Counted from the stretch's first letter, positions 37,368-44,571 are shown. The stretch is 45,213 bases of DNA from a virus (IMGVR_UViG_3300007973_000004:1-45213), one strand, 5' to 3'. The notes: generated by a model not told the origin, from the letters alone. Numbers and translations: made by a program.

Positions 37368-37902
37368 GGCCCTTGAAATAGGCTTTCACGTCTTCTAATG
37401 CTACAGGAGAAAAATTGTTTCTTTCCACGCATGCATTGAAATACCTTCTATCTACTTGTCCATCAGTGATAATTTGATGACAATGAAGATGACCATGAAC
37501 ATTCCCTAGATAATGCCCAGAAAGACATGCTGGATGCACTGGAATATGCGTGAATATTAGTCCTCCGCGCATAGTGGAATCGCCATTGTGAAAGAATGCT
37601 CCCCTCACGTCTTCAAAATACTTTGAGAAGTCTTTCAACGGTCCAATATCATGATTGCCGCGAATGAGAATCTTACGTCCGTTAAGGCGATCAAGAATCT
37701 TCAGGCTTGCGCGAGGAATGACAACATCTCCCAGGTGATAAATGGTATCGCCTTTGCTTACTTTTGCGTTCCACCGCTCCACCATTGTTTCGTCCATTTC
37801 TTCGCATGAAGAAAATGGACGCAATGCTTCGCCATCTGGCCGAATAAAAGACAAGCTTTTGGCATGGCCAAAATGAGTGTCTGCGATAACAAATGCGCTC
37901 AT
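37345..37902 (-). CDS. Calcineurin-like metallophosphoesterase
   Basis: DTHFGH, HLGDV, GNHD, THIP, HGHLH. Confidence 0.92.
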   Translation of the reverse strand: MSAFVIADTHFGHAKSLSFIRPDGEALRPFSSCEEMDETMVERWNAKVSKGDTIYHLGDVVIPRASLKILDRLNGRKILIRGNHDIGPLKDFSKYFEDVRGAFFHNGDSTMRGGLIFTHIPVHPACLSGHYLGNVHGHLHCHQIITDGQVDRRYFNACVERNNFSPVALEDVKAYFKGHDGASHF

Positions 37903-38102
37903 TGCTTATATTCTTTGACAACCATGGTCTTAATTGGATGGATGTCTGCCATTCTTAATTGAAGAATGCGTTGTTCGGCTTCACCTAAAGACATGCACAA
38001 CCCTGCATGTTCCCACCAAAACCACACTTTTTTCTCCACTTCAAAAGCAGCCTCACCTGGACGCGAATAGGAGGCCTTTTGAACAATGCGATAGCGAGCC
38101 AT
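37899..38102 (-). CDS. Hypothetical protein (67 aa)
   Basis: YRIV...FEVEKKVWFWW; ATGA-coupled to the phosphoesterase. Confidence 0.6.
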   Translation of the reverse strand: MARYRIVQKASYSRPGEAAFEVEKKVWFWWEHAGLCMSLGEAEQRILQLRMADIHPIKTMVVKEYKQ

Positions 38103-38107
38103 GGGAA

Positions 38108-38176
38108 GGGCGCTGCCAGGAATCGAACCTTGGGATTCTAGGCTATGTACCTAGCGTGTGCCAACACTTCAGAACC
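38108..38176 (-). tRNA. Degenerate tRNA-like gene, anticodon CAT
   Basis: Acceptor GGTTCTG/CAGCGCC (one mismatch), reduced D arm, CTAGG-TACATAG-CCTAG, T loop TTCGATT with bulged stem. Confidence 0.55.
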
Positions 38177-38180
38177 AGGG

Positions 38181-38381
38181 CCCCCTCTGTTTGGGCATCA
38201 TCTCTAGAAACCAATTTATTGGCGCCAACAAAATGGTTCCCGTCTGAGAGCTAAGCCTGAGGGGGATTGTTCGCAAACGCGGCGACCAGAAATTTCCAGT
38301 CCATGCGCTGCTCTCCACTGACAGAGCAATGGAGGAAAAGAACAGTACGGCCTTGGCACATGCCAAGCTTGCACTGTCTCG
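38181..38381 (-). ncRNA. Unassigned hairpin-rich RNA between the two CAT tRNAs
   Basis: After TGCTATAGT (38384-38392): GACAGTGC/GTACTGTT with CTTGGCA/TGCCAAG, CTCCATTG/CAGTGGAG, GACTGG/CTGGTC, then an ~75-nt rod closed by CCCCCTC/GAGGGGG. Confidence 0.45.
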
Positions 38382-38398
38382 AAACTATAGCATCAAAA

Positions 38399-38471
38399 TG
38401 GCGGAGACAGGACTTGAACCTGCGACCTCCAGGGTATGAACCTGGCGAGCTACCAACTGCTCTACTCCACG
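38399..38471 (-). tRNA. trnM: tRNA-Met(CAT), initiator-like C1:C72 mismatch
   Basis: CGTGGAG/CTCCGCC, D arm GAGC/GCTC, CCAGG-TTCATAC-CCTGG, GCAGG-TTCAAGT-CCTGT. Confidence 0.9.
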
Positions 38472-38476
38472 GTGAT

Positions 38477-38560
38477 GGCCCAAGCGTGAAGCGATTAACA
38501 AGAGCTAATCGCTTCAGAGGCTTAGGCTCTGTCTGCCCGATACTAACGCAGAGCGGGAAC
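38477..38560 (-). ncRNA. Structured leader of tRNA-Met
   Basis: After TGCTACAAT (38567-38575): GCTCTG/CAGAGC with possible CCCG/CGGG pseudoknot, then perfect 11-bp TGAAGCGATTA/TAATCGCTTCA. Confidence 0.4.
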
Positions 38561-39069
38561 TAGTCGATTGTAGCATCAAGCGCTGCCCTTAACCTGGTCT
38601 TCCTTTCTTCTATGGATTCTGGTGCAAAAGTTTTAATAAGATACATGGCGGCGTCAAACAGGATGCCATGATCATCATTTGCCTGCCCTAACATCACATT
38701 GCATTTGCCGCACAATATTCCTCGTATGTTGCCAAATTCGTGGTCGTGATCTACCACAAACTGACCACTCCCGTGGTTTGGGGATTTGGACTTGCAAATT
38801 GCGCAGCACTCTCCTTGCTCTCGGAACATGCGTTGCCAATCTTTAAGTGTAATTCCGTATTTTGCTCTTAGCGTTCTATCCTTTTCTTTTTGGGCGTCGT
38901 ATTGATTCTTCCTGCGCTCAAGAACATCTTTCTTCCGCCTTCCATAGCTGTTGCCAGCATTCTCTTTCGTGCATTGCTTGCACCTCGCCGTCAATCCATC
39001 GATTACTCGCGGCTCCCGGTAAAACTCCGAGGAACTCTTTTCAGTCTTGCAGCATGCACAGGTTTTCAT
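38560..39069 (-). CDS. Endonuclease VII-like (His-Me) homing endonuclease
   Basis: CACC...CKQC, YGIT...Q...CAIC, VVDHDH..G.IRGILCGKCN..LG; start moved to ATG 39069. Confidence 0.9.
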   Translation of the reverse strand: MKTCACCKTEKSSSEFYREPRVIDGLTARCKQCTKENAGNSYGRRKKDVLERRKNQYDAQKEKDRTLRAKYGITLKDWQRMFREQGECCAICKSKSPNHGSGQFVVDHDHEFGNIRGILCGKCNVMLGQANDDHGILFDAAMYLIKTFAPESIEERKTRLRAALDATID

Positions 39070-39127
39070 TCGAAAAATAAGCGCCAGCAAATATGCTAGC
39101 GCCTCACCTCCGTATTTGCAGGCGTTT

Positions 39128-39859
39128 TCAGCGTCCGTAGGACGGCAAATCCACGTTTGAGCTTTCGAAGAACGCAATTTGCCTTCCACTGCGAGTGACC
39201 GCCATTTCAGGAGCCTTGCCAGTCCAGAACAGCGACTTTGATTGGCGCAGCCAAAAATCCTTATTCAACCACTGATTCGGGGATGCGCCAAGATCATCAA
39301 ATAGCCATGCGGCAGTGGCACCACAAAGCTTTTCAAGACTCTGGCTTTCCTTTTCGCCTAGCTCCTTGCTCACCATCGCATTCACTGCAGTATGAACCCG
39401 CTCATCACGACTAATATCGGCGGAAACAGTACGCATACCCACGTCTCCAGTTTGGCGAAAAAATGGAAGAGCCACAAAGAAAATAGACCGCTCCATAATT
39501 CCTGCTTTAAGGATGGGATGAGCAGGATGATCATTCCATGCCTTCAAGATGCTCATAACCTCCTTCTCCGCCTTGACATCGGTGCCATGAGCAGCAGCCA
39601 CATACTCAAGGGCCTCCAAATGACGATCTTCATCGTCCTGATTGGAGCGCAGCGTCTCAATGATGCCAGGTGTAGAAGGAAGTTCACGGTGCATGCCCTG
39701 TTCTAGCAGCTCCTTCACGGGAATTTCCAGATGACGCAGAGCCAGCGCCTTATAAAGCGTCGCTTCAGCACCCTCTTGAGTTTTTCCCTTGCTAACAGGC
39801 ACGGCCTGCCAAGGACGCTTCTTAGCAATCATGGACAGATAGGGGCTCTTGACGGTCAT
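39128..39859 (-). CDS. nrdB: Ribonucleotide reductase small (beta) subunit, compact ferritin-like
   Basis: Dimetal ligands LE.PV, DEDRH, MERSIFF, DERVH; directly downstream of the alpha subunit. Confidence 0.8.
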   Translation of the reverse strand: MTVKSPYLSMIAKKRPWQAVPVSKGKTQEGAEATLYKALALRHLEIPVKELLEQGMHRELPSTPGIIETLRSNQDDEDRHLEALEYVAAAHGTDVKAEKEVMSILKAWNDHPAHPILKAGIMERSIFFVALPFFRQTGDVGMRTVSADISRDERVHTAVNAMVSKELGEKESQSLEKLCGATAAWLFDDLGASPNQWLNKDFWLRQSKSLFWTGKAPEMAVTRSGRQIAFFESSNVDLPSYGR

Positions 39860-39888
39860 GGTCGTAGTATCATTCAATGGTGAGGAGG

Positions 39889-39916
39889 AAAGGGGCCATT
39901 AGGCCCCTTCTTTTTT
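39889..39916. terminator. Terminator-like hairpin between RNR alpha and beta
   Basis: AAGGGGCC-ATTA-GGCCCCTT followed by CTTTTTT on plus strand (TTTCC on minus). Confidence 0.6.
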
Positions 39917-39917
39917 A

Positions 39918-41393
39918 TCACTCTGAGCAAGCAGCACAGAATCCAGCCTCTACGGAACAAGACGCAGAATCCTGCTCGGCCTCTTCATTGAGACCAAACA
40001 TGCTCTTAAAATCGTCGTCCAACGCAGCATATGCATCGTCCTTGCGCTGAGTATCAGGCAAGACTTGCAAGCTGTAATAGAGGCTCGTCTGTGGAGAGTC
40101 TAGCCAATCTTTCAGGAACGCTTCGTCATAATTCACAATGTCTGACCATGAATTAAACGAATAGCCATGGAACAGGCCGCTGCGTTGATACAACGCAACA
40201 ATGCCATTGGCAACTTTCATGAAAGCTTCCCAGCCCACTTCAGAAGCAGTTTCCACTTCGCCATAGTCAAAGCTCTCTACGCCAAAAGTGCCACTATCAC
40301 GATCAATAGTACGAGCAATAGGAGGAGCAATTTCTGGCGTTGTAGTGAAGCCACGAGCATCTAGATAACGATAGGAACACGATGCAGTGGGAGCAATGCA
40401 GAAAGCACGTTCCATTCCATGCTCATGAGCAATGTCAGCAGCGCTTGCAATGCCCTTGTTCAAAGCGTGGACGGCTTTTCCGACCACGGTATCTTTCCAA
40501 TGGTGGGCCCAAGGATGGGGATCTTCGTCAAGATAGGCCTCAAGCGCATCGCCGAAGTTCTTATAGCTGATTTCTTGGATGGCCAGGAAATTGGCCAAGC
40601 CAAGCAAGCCCAAACCAATCTGCTTATCAATGGAAGGAGGCAGATATTCGCCAGTGTCGCCCACGCCAGTGCCAGCATGCAGCTCACAAAGCTGCGTCAT
40701 CCCTTCGATGAATGCTCCTTCAATGTTGTCAATAGTGCATGCACCCAAATTGATGTGCTGAAGCAGACAAGTGCCACGGCGGGGCAAATACACTTCCAGG
40801 CAAACATTGGCATAAATACGGTTGCCATTGTCGTCATAGCGAATCTTGTTTAGCCAAATATCGCCAGAGCTAATTCCCTTGAGCAAAGCATCAATTACTT
40901 CGGGAGAGGAATTTTTCAGGAAATTTTCGTCTACATTCAGGCAGCGCTTTGCCCATGGCAATTCAACACGAGGAGCGTCAATAAACCCTGGCTCGTACAG
41001 ACCATTGACAACTTTTCCAATAACATCGGGATGCGTATAGTCAAGATGCAGCACTACGGCGCCATTTTTATATAAACCGCCCCTACGCAAGATTTCATTA
41101 AGAGTGGAATAAATCTTGCCAAAGCTTACTGGTCCGCTTGCCACGAGGCCTTTGCCATTCTCAGCGCCCCTTTCGCGCAGAGAAGACAAATGAACAGCAA
41201 CCCCCGCACCATTGCGCAAGCCATGACTAACAAATCGCCAAGATGCTTCAATGCCATCTGGGCCCTCCATTGAATCTTCTACGTTGAAGACAGTGCAGCT
41301 CACTGGCAAGCGACCATCGGGGCTATCCAGCCAATCTTGCACCCTACCAGTGCGAGCAATCGGCTCACATTTTGCCTTTTCCTTCAGCTTCAT
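39918..41393 (-). CDS. nrdA: Ribonucleotide reductase large (alpha) subunit, minimal cyanophage type
   Basis: PVSC, NVCLE, GTCLL.HINL, IAPTASCS, SLYYSL, C-terminal CAAC; no ATP cone. Confidence 0.9.
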   Translation of the reverse strand: MKLKEKAKCEPIARTGRVQDWLDSPDGRLPVSCTVFNVEDSMEGPDGIEASWRFVSHGLRNGAGVAVHLSSLRERGAENGKGLVASGPVSFGKIYSTLNEILRRGGLYKNGAVVLHLDYTHPDVIGKVVNGLYEPGFIDAPRVELPWAKRCLNVDENFLKNSSPEVIDALLKGISSGDIWLNKIRYDDNGNRIYANVCLEVYLPRRGTCLLQHINLGACTIDNIEGAFIEGMTQLCELHAGTGVGDTGEYLPPSIDKQIGLGLLGLANFLAIQEISYKNFGDALEAYLDEDPHPWAHHWKDTVVGKAVHALNKGIASAADIAHEHGMERAFCIAPTASCSYRYLDARGFTTTPEIAPPIARTIDRDSGTFGVESFDYGEVETASEVGWEAFMKVANGIVALYQRSGLFHGYSFNSWSDIVNYDEAFLKDWLDSPQTSLYYSLQVLPDTQRKDDAYAALDDDFKSMFGLNEEAEQDSASCSVEAGFCAACSE

Positions 41394-41404
41394 AAGACGA
41401 CAAA

Positions 41405-41422
41405 GCCCCGCTCGAGCGGGGC
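41405..41422. promoter_or_regulatory. Perfect 18-bp GC palindrome just upstream of the RNR alpha start
   Basis: GCCCCGCTCGAGCGGGGC, followed by TTTG on minus strand. Confidence 0.5.
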
Positions 41423-41477
41423 GCGATCAGCAGGAGCAGGCTAGCGCAGGAGAGCCCTGTCGAAGATGAAGATTTAG

Positions 41478-41669
41478 TTAATCACACAAGCCTTCCTCGT
41501 CGCCCACGGCCAGGAGATCCCGCACGAACAGCTTGGCTTCGTTCAGCGTGCGAAAGTAATAAGGCTTGCCATGGATGGCAGCAAACCATTGAAACTCAGG
41601 CTTGCTAAAGCAAGGCCAAAGCTTACAAGGGCCAATGTTAAATGGTTGACGATCAGGAAGCCCCCACAT
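41478..41669 (-). CDS. Hypothetical protein (63 aa)
   Basis: Clean ATG ORF in minus-strand run. Confidence 0.55.
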   Translation of the reverse strand: MWGLPDRQPFNIGPCKLWPCFSKPEFQWFAAIHGKPYYFRTLNEAKLFVRDLLAVGDEEGLCD

Positions 41670-41745
41670 GGTTAATTAGCGAAGATCACTTAACGCTAGT
41701 TCTTTTCCATGAAATAAGAAGCAGCATTTAATACAATCTTCGCCT

Positions 41746-42468
41746 TTAGCCAATTCTCAAGCTTCTTACGCTCTTGCGTTTTTGCGTGTTTTCTTTCTCC
41801 GCGCTGATAAGCTCACTTTCTCCTTTTGGAAGCAAAGTAAAAGTTTTACCAGGCTTCTTCGCAATCAGCTCCTCTTCTTCCAATGCAATGAGCTGGTTGT
41901 AAATGGTTTTTGCCTGATAAGCATCGCGATTTGCCTCGTGATGAATGATTGCATTAGACGTGACAAAATAATCGCAAGCTTCAATATCTCCAATAGCCCA
42001 TAGTACAAACGTTCTGGCATTCTTCACATAACGAGGCAAGCGCTTTTCTTGATGCAACGCTTCAAGGGACTGAGCCAGCCCTGGTCGCATTGGCGTCCAT
42101 TGAATGCGGCTTTCATTCCTGTTGCCAAATTTAATCTTCGCCTCCAACGTTTGACAAGGCGCTTCGTTCTCAAGATATTTTTTGACTGCCATGGAAAGGT
42201 GAAACCATTCGCCTGCATGACGAGAATTCTCAAAGCGTTCGTGCAAATCTCGCTCATCGTCCCGATTGGCCTCAAAAACCTTGACGACGATTAGGGTGTC
42301 CGGCGACGACGTGAGGAACGATGCAAAACGCTCCCCTGGCGACGCGGAGAAGCCAATCTTGACGTGGTAGGGCATGCTTGCCCATTGAACGAAATACACC
42401 CAGCCGTCTGTTTTGCGCCTCTTTTGCTTGGGCTGGACCATGCTTGCTCCGCTGAGAACCCTCATCAT
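41746..42468 (-). CDS. T5orf172 / GIY-YIG-like domain protein with C-terminal winged-helix-like region
   Basis: GWVYFVQ...VKIGFS..P..R, E..LHERF...R..GEWF; C-terminal TIYNQLIALEEEELI......FTL..KG. Confidence 0.75.
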   Translation of the reverse strand: MMRVLSGASMVQPKQKRRKTDGWVYFVQWASMPYHVKIGFSASPGERFASFLTSSPDTLIVVKVFEANRDDERDLHERFENSRHAGEWFHLSMAVKKYLENEAPCQTLEAKIKFGNRNESRIQWTPMRPGLAQSLEALHQEKRLPRYVKNARTFVLWAIGDIEACDYFVTSNAIIHHEANRDAYQAKTIYNQLIALEEEELIAKKPGKTFTLLPKGESELISAEKENTQKRKSVRSLRIG

Positions 42469-43057
42469 AACAGGATCGGGACAACAGGGACAAAACAGCT
42501 CCCAACAGCGTTAGATACGATAGACGTAAGCGAAGCTGCTGCCTCATATGGGCTCATGCAGCTTCCTGGCTAGACGACGCTCCTTAAGCCAGCGCTTCAA
42601 GCGAGCGTAGTCCCCAAAGGGACGGAGCGTCTACTGACAAAGGCTAAACTAGCCGCGAAAAGCTAAGCTTGCGGAGCCCCCAAAGGGCGGAGCATTCCTG
42701 CTAGCGGCGAAAATAAAAGGCCCGCGCCAAAAATCAAGAGCTGACTCAGTCTCATGTGATGAGTCGCTGAAACTATGCGTAGCTGCGGGAAAGGCTAAAA
42801 ACAGGCGTTTTCAATCTTCATCTCATGACCAGCGGCCCCTTAAAGGGCCGCTTTCTGGCATTGAAAGAACAATGCGAAGGAGAATGCGCAAATTGTCTTC
42901 GTCAAGCCTCTAGTTCGTCATTACGACGCCTTGGGGCGTCTCCATTGGTGAAGCTAATCGTCTGAAACGCTTCAAGCTGCGCCTGCGGCTTGCTTTCAGC
43001 GTGCCAACACTGGGAGTTTGAGAGACAATGTCGTGGCTATGCTGCACGAGCAGGATG

Positions 43058-43110
43058 TTCAGTCTCACAGAATCTTTCAAGCTTGCCTTGATTTCAGGTC
43101 TTCTTCTGGA
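43058..43110 (+). ncRNA. Single stem/internal-loop/stem unit (unit 0) in 5' leader of RuvC gene
   Basis: TTCAG-TCTCA-CAGAA-TCTT-TCAAG-CTTGC-CTTGA-TTTCA-GGTCT-TCTT-CTGGA, same layout as downstream array units. Confidence 0.8.
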
Positions 43111-43140
43111 TCATCCCTGCTGTTCTTTCTTTTTCCAGCA

Positions 43141-44115
43141 ATGCTCACTGGCGATTTTGGCGGTCACAACGATTGGACCGTTTTCAATGGTGCCGAAGTA
43201 TTTACGCTCTCCCGTGAAAGCTTCTACGATCTTGCATCATGGTGCTCTCCTGGTGAAACTCTCGTGGTAGAGGACGCCCATTTGGGGCGTGCTCGTACAA
43301 AAAAAAGCTTGGCACAAGTTTATACAGCCAGCGAACTCCTCGCCTTCTATCGTCAAGCATCAAACTTGGGCATCACGCTCCGCTTGTTCCCGCATAGTCA
43401 AACTCCCAAAGCTCGCGCCCTTGCAGGCTTCGACGAGAAAAACGATGCAGTGGATGCACAAGCAATTCATGCCTATCTCCTGCAGAGCCCTTCAGTGCTT
43501 CAAAGCTTGAAGCTCCCCCCTCGTTCGTTTGAGCCCGAGCGTTGGCGTGAAGCTGGTTGGGCGTTTAAGGACGATACCAATATGATCCTTAACGTGGCTC
43601 GCCGCTTCAAATATAAAACTGAAGGAGATCAAATTACTTCCTTCATTTTTGACAATTTGGACCGCCTCGCAAGCATTGTCCCTGACGATGCAAAAGAAAT
43701 CTTCGGCCTCCTCCATCGCAAAAAAGATGGTTCCTTCTATGCCCTAGATTCCCAACAAGGCCCCAAACTGTCCAAACTCTACACTCTGGCATCGTTGCTC
43801 TTGAACGAAACTGGAGAGCTGCGCCTGCGTCCCGATACGGGACGCTCCCCAGGTATTGGCTGGCTTATGCGCACGCAAATCGCCACCACTCCCTACCATC
43901 ATCGTGGCGGCATCGCCCGCTCCAATATCATGTGGCATGGCTACAAGAACTATGCAGTGAGCAAAATGGACACGCGCAAAGCTAGTTCTTCTGGCAAGCT
44001 GCTTAGCCATTACGATTTTTCGCCCGCCCAAACAGAAGACTTCCGAGCGCATCGTAAAACCTACATGCAAGCACAACGCACTATGCTCAGTGCTATGAAG
44101 AGTTTGCTGGTCTGA
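43141..44115 (+). CDS. IS110-related DEDD RuvC-domain protein (324 aa), candidate RNA-guided effector (TasR-like)
   Basis: LTGDFG (D5), LVVEDAH (E44), KNDAVDAQAI (D102, D105) match the IS110 KxDxxDA signature. The tracked TTG start at 43018 would translate the RNA unit, so ATG 43141 is preferred. Confidence 0.75.
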   Translation: MLTGDFGGHNDWTVFNGAEVFTLSRESFYDLASWCSPGETLVVEDAHLGRARTKKSLAQVYTASELLAFYRQASNLGITLRLFPHSQTPKARALAGFDEKNDAVDAQAIHAYLLQSPSVLQSLKLPPRSFEPERWREAGWAFKDDTNMILNVARRFKYKTEGDQITSFIFDNLDRLASIVPDDAKEIFGLLHRKKDGSFYALDSQQGPKLSKLYTLASLLLNETGELRLRPDTGRSPGIGWLMRTQIATTPYHHRGGIARSNIMWHGYKNYAVSKMDTRKASSSGKLLSHYDFSPAQTEDFRAHRKTYMQAQRTMLSAMKSLLV

Positions 44116-44123
44116 ATGGGCTT

Positions 44124-44129
44124 TATAAT
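44124..44129 (+). promoter_or_regulatory. -10 element for the repeat array
   Basis: Perfect TATAAT 8 nt after the RuvC gene stop and 12 nt before unit 1; no clear -35. Confidence 0.6.
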
Positions 44130-44141
44130 GAGAGGGCAAAC

Positions 44142-44395
44142 GCTGATCTCAAACACTCTTCCAAGCTTTGCCTTGGTCTTAGGGGTTCTTTCAGCATTGC
44201 CTTCTCTTGCCCTGGTCTCACGCAGTATTACGGACTACGCTCCGTTCTTAACTCTTCTTCCAGGCTTAATTACTACGCTGATCTCACGCTGTATGACGGA
44301 CTACGCTCCGTTCTTAACCCATCTTCCAGCTACCATCCCTGCTTAGACTCATAGCGAATTACAGACATAGCTCTGTTCTCACACCGTCTTCTAAG
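44142..44395 (+). ncRNA. Array of four 54-nt dual-variable stem-loop units (44142-44195, 44211-44264, 44277-44330, 44342-44395)
   Basis: Each unit is stem5-(T/A)CTCA-N5-(TCTT/TATT/TATG/AATT)-stem5-CNNNGC-stem5-TCTYA-N5-TCTT-stem5, with compensatory changes in both stems. Confidence 0.85.
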
Positions 44396-44402
44396 CAGCA
44401 AC

Positions 44403-44422
44403 AAAGCCCTTCGGGGCTTTTT
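44403..44422 (+). terminator. Intrinsic terminator closing the array
   Basis: AAAGCCC-TTCG-GGGCTTT-TT. Confidence 0.85.
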
Positions 44423-44555
44423 GGCTAGGTATAAATACTAGGACGAAAAAAGGGGATGAAAAATGGCGTCACTTTTTGAAGGGGATACCGCCGCCCCCAC
44501 ACACTGCCCCCCCGCGTTACCGCTCCCCATCCTCTCACGCTTTCCCGCCACAGTC

Positions 44556-44571
44556 TGTAGCCGTTGATACA
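44556..44571. promoter_or_regulatory. NtcA-type binding site
   Basis: TGTA-GCCGTTGA-TACA equals GTA-N8-TAC with T/A flanks, intergenic. Confidence 0.55.

Noticed and set aside
38181-38560. Known ribozyme (hammerhead, HDV/theta) or riboswitch next to the tRNAs
   Set aside because: I could not fit the conserved cores by eye; left as unassigned structured RNA pending an Rfam search
39918-41393. Class II (B12-dependent) RNR
   Set aside because: The C-terminal YY pair and adjacent ferritin-like beta gene indicate class I
42760-42769. Self-target TGAGTCGCTG for unit 3 (9/10 match to TGGGTCGCTG)
   Set aside because: A one-mismatch 10-mer is expected a few times by chance in 90 kb of both strands
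43141-44115. Ordinary IS110 transposase / insertion sequence
   Set aside because: RuvC tetrad is present, but there is no recognisable SG catalytic motif and it has a multi-unit array rather than one bridge RNA; not called as a mobile element
44116-44346. 76-aa ORF over the array
   Set aside because: Its repeated peptide simply mirrors the RNA units; stem covariation and promoter/terminator placement favour a non-coding role
44142-44395. CRISPR array
   Set aside because: No identical direct repeats with 25-45-nt spacers and no cas genes; variable parts are short and internal to each unit
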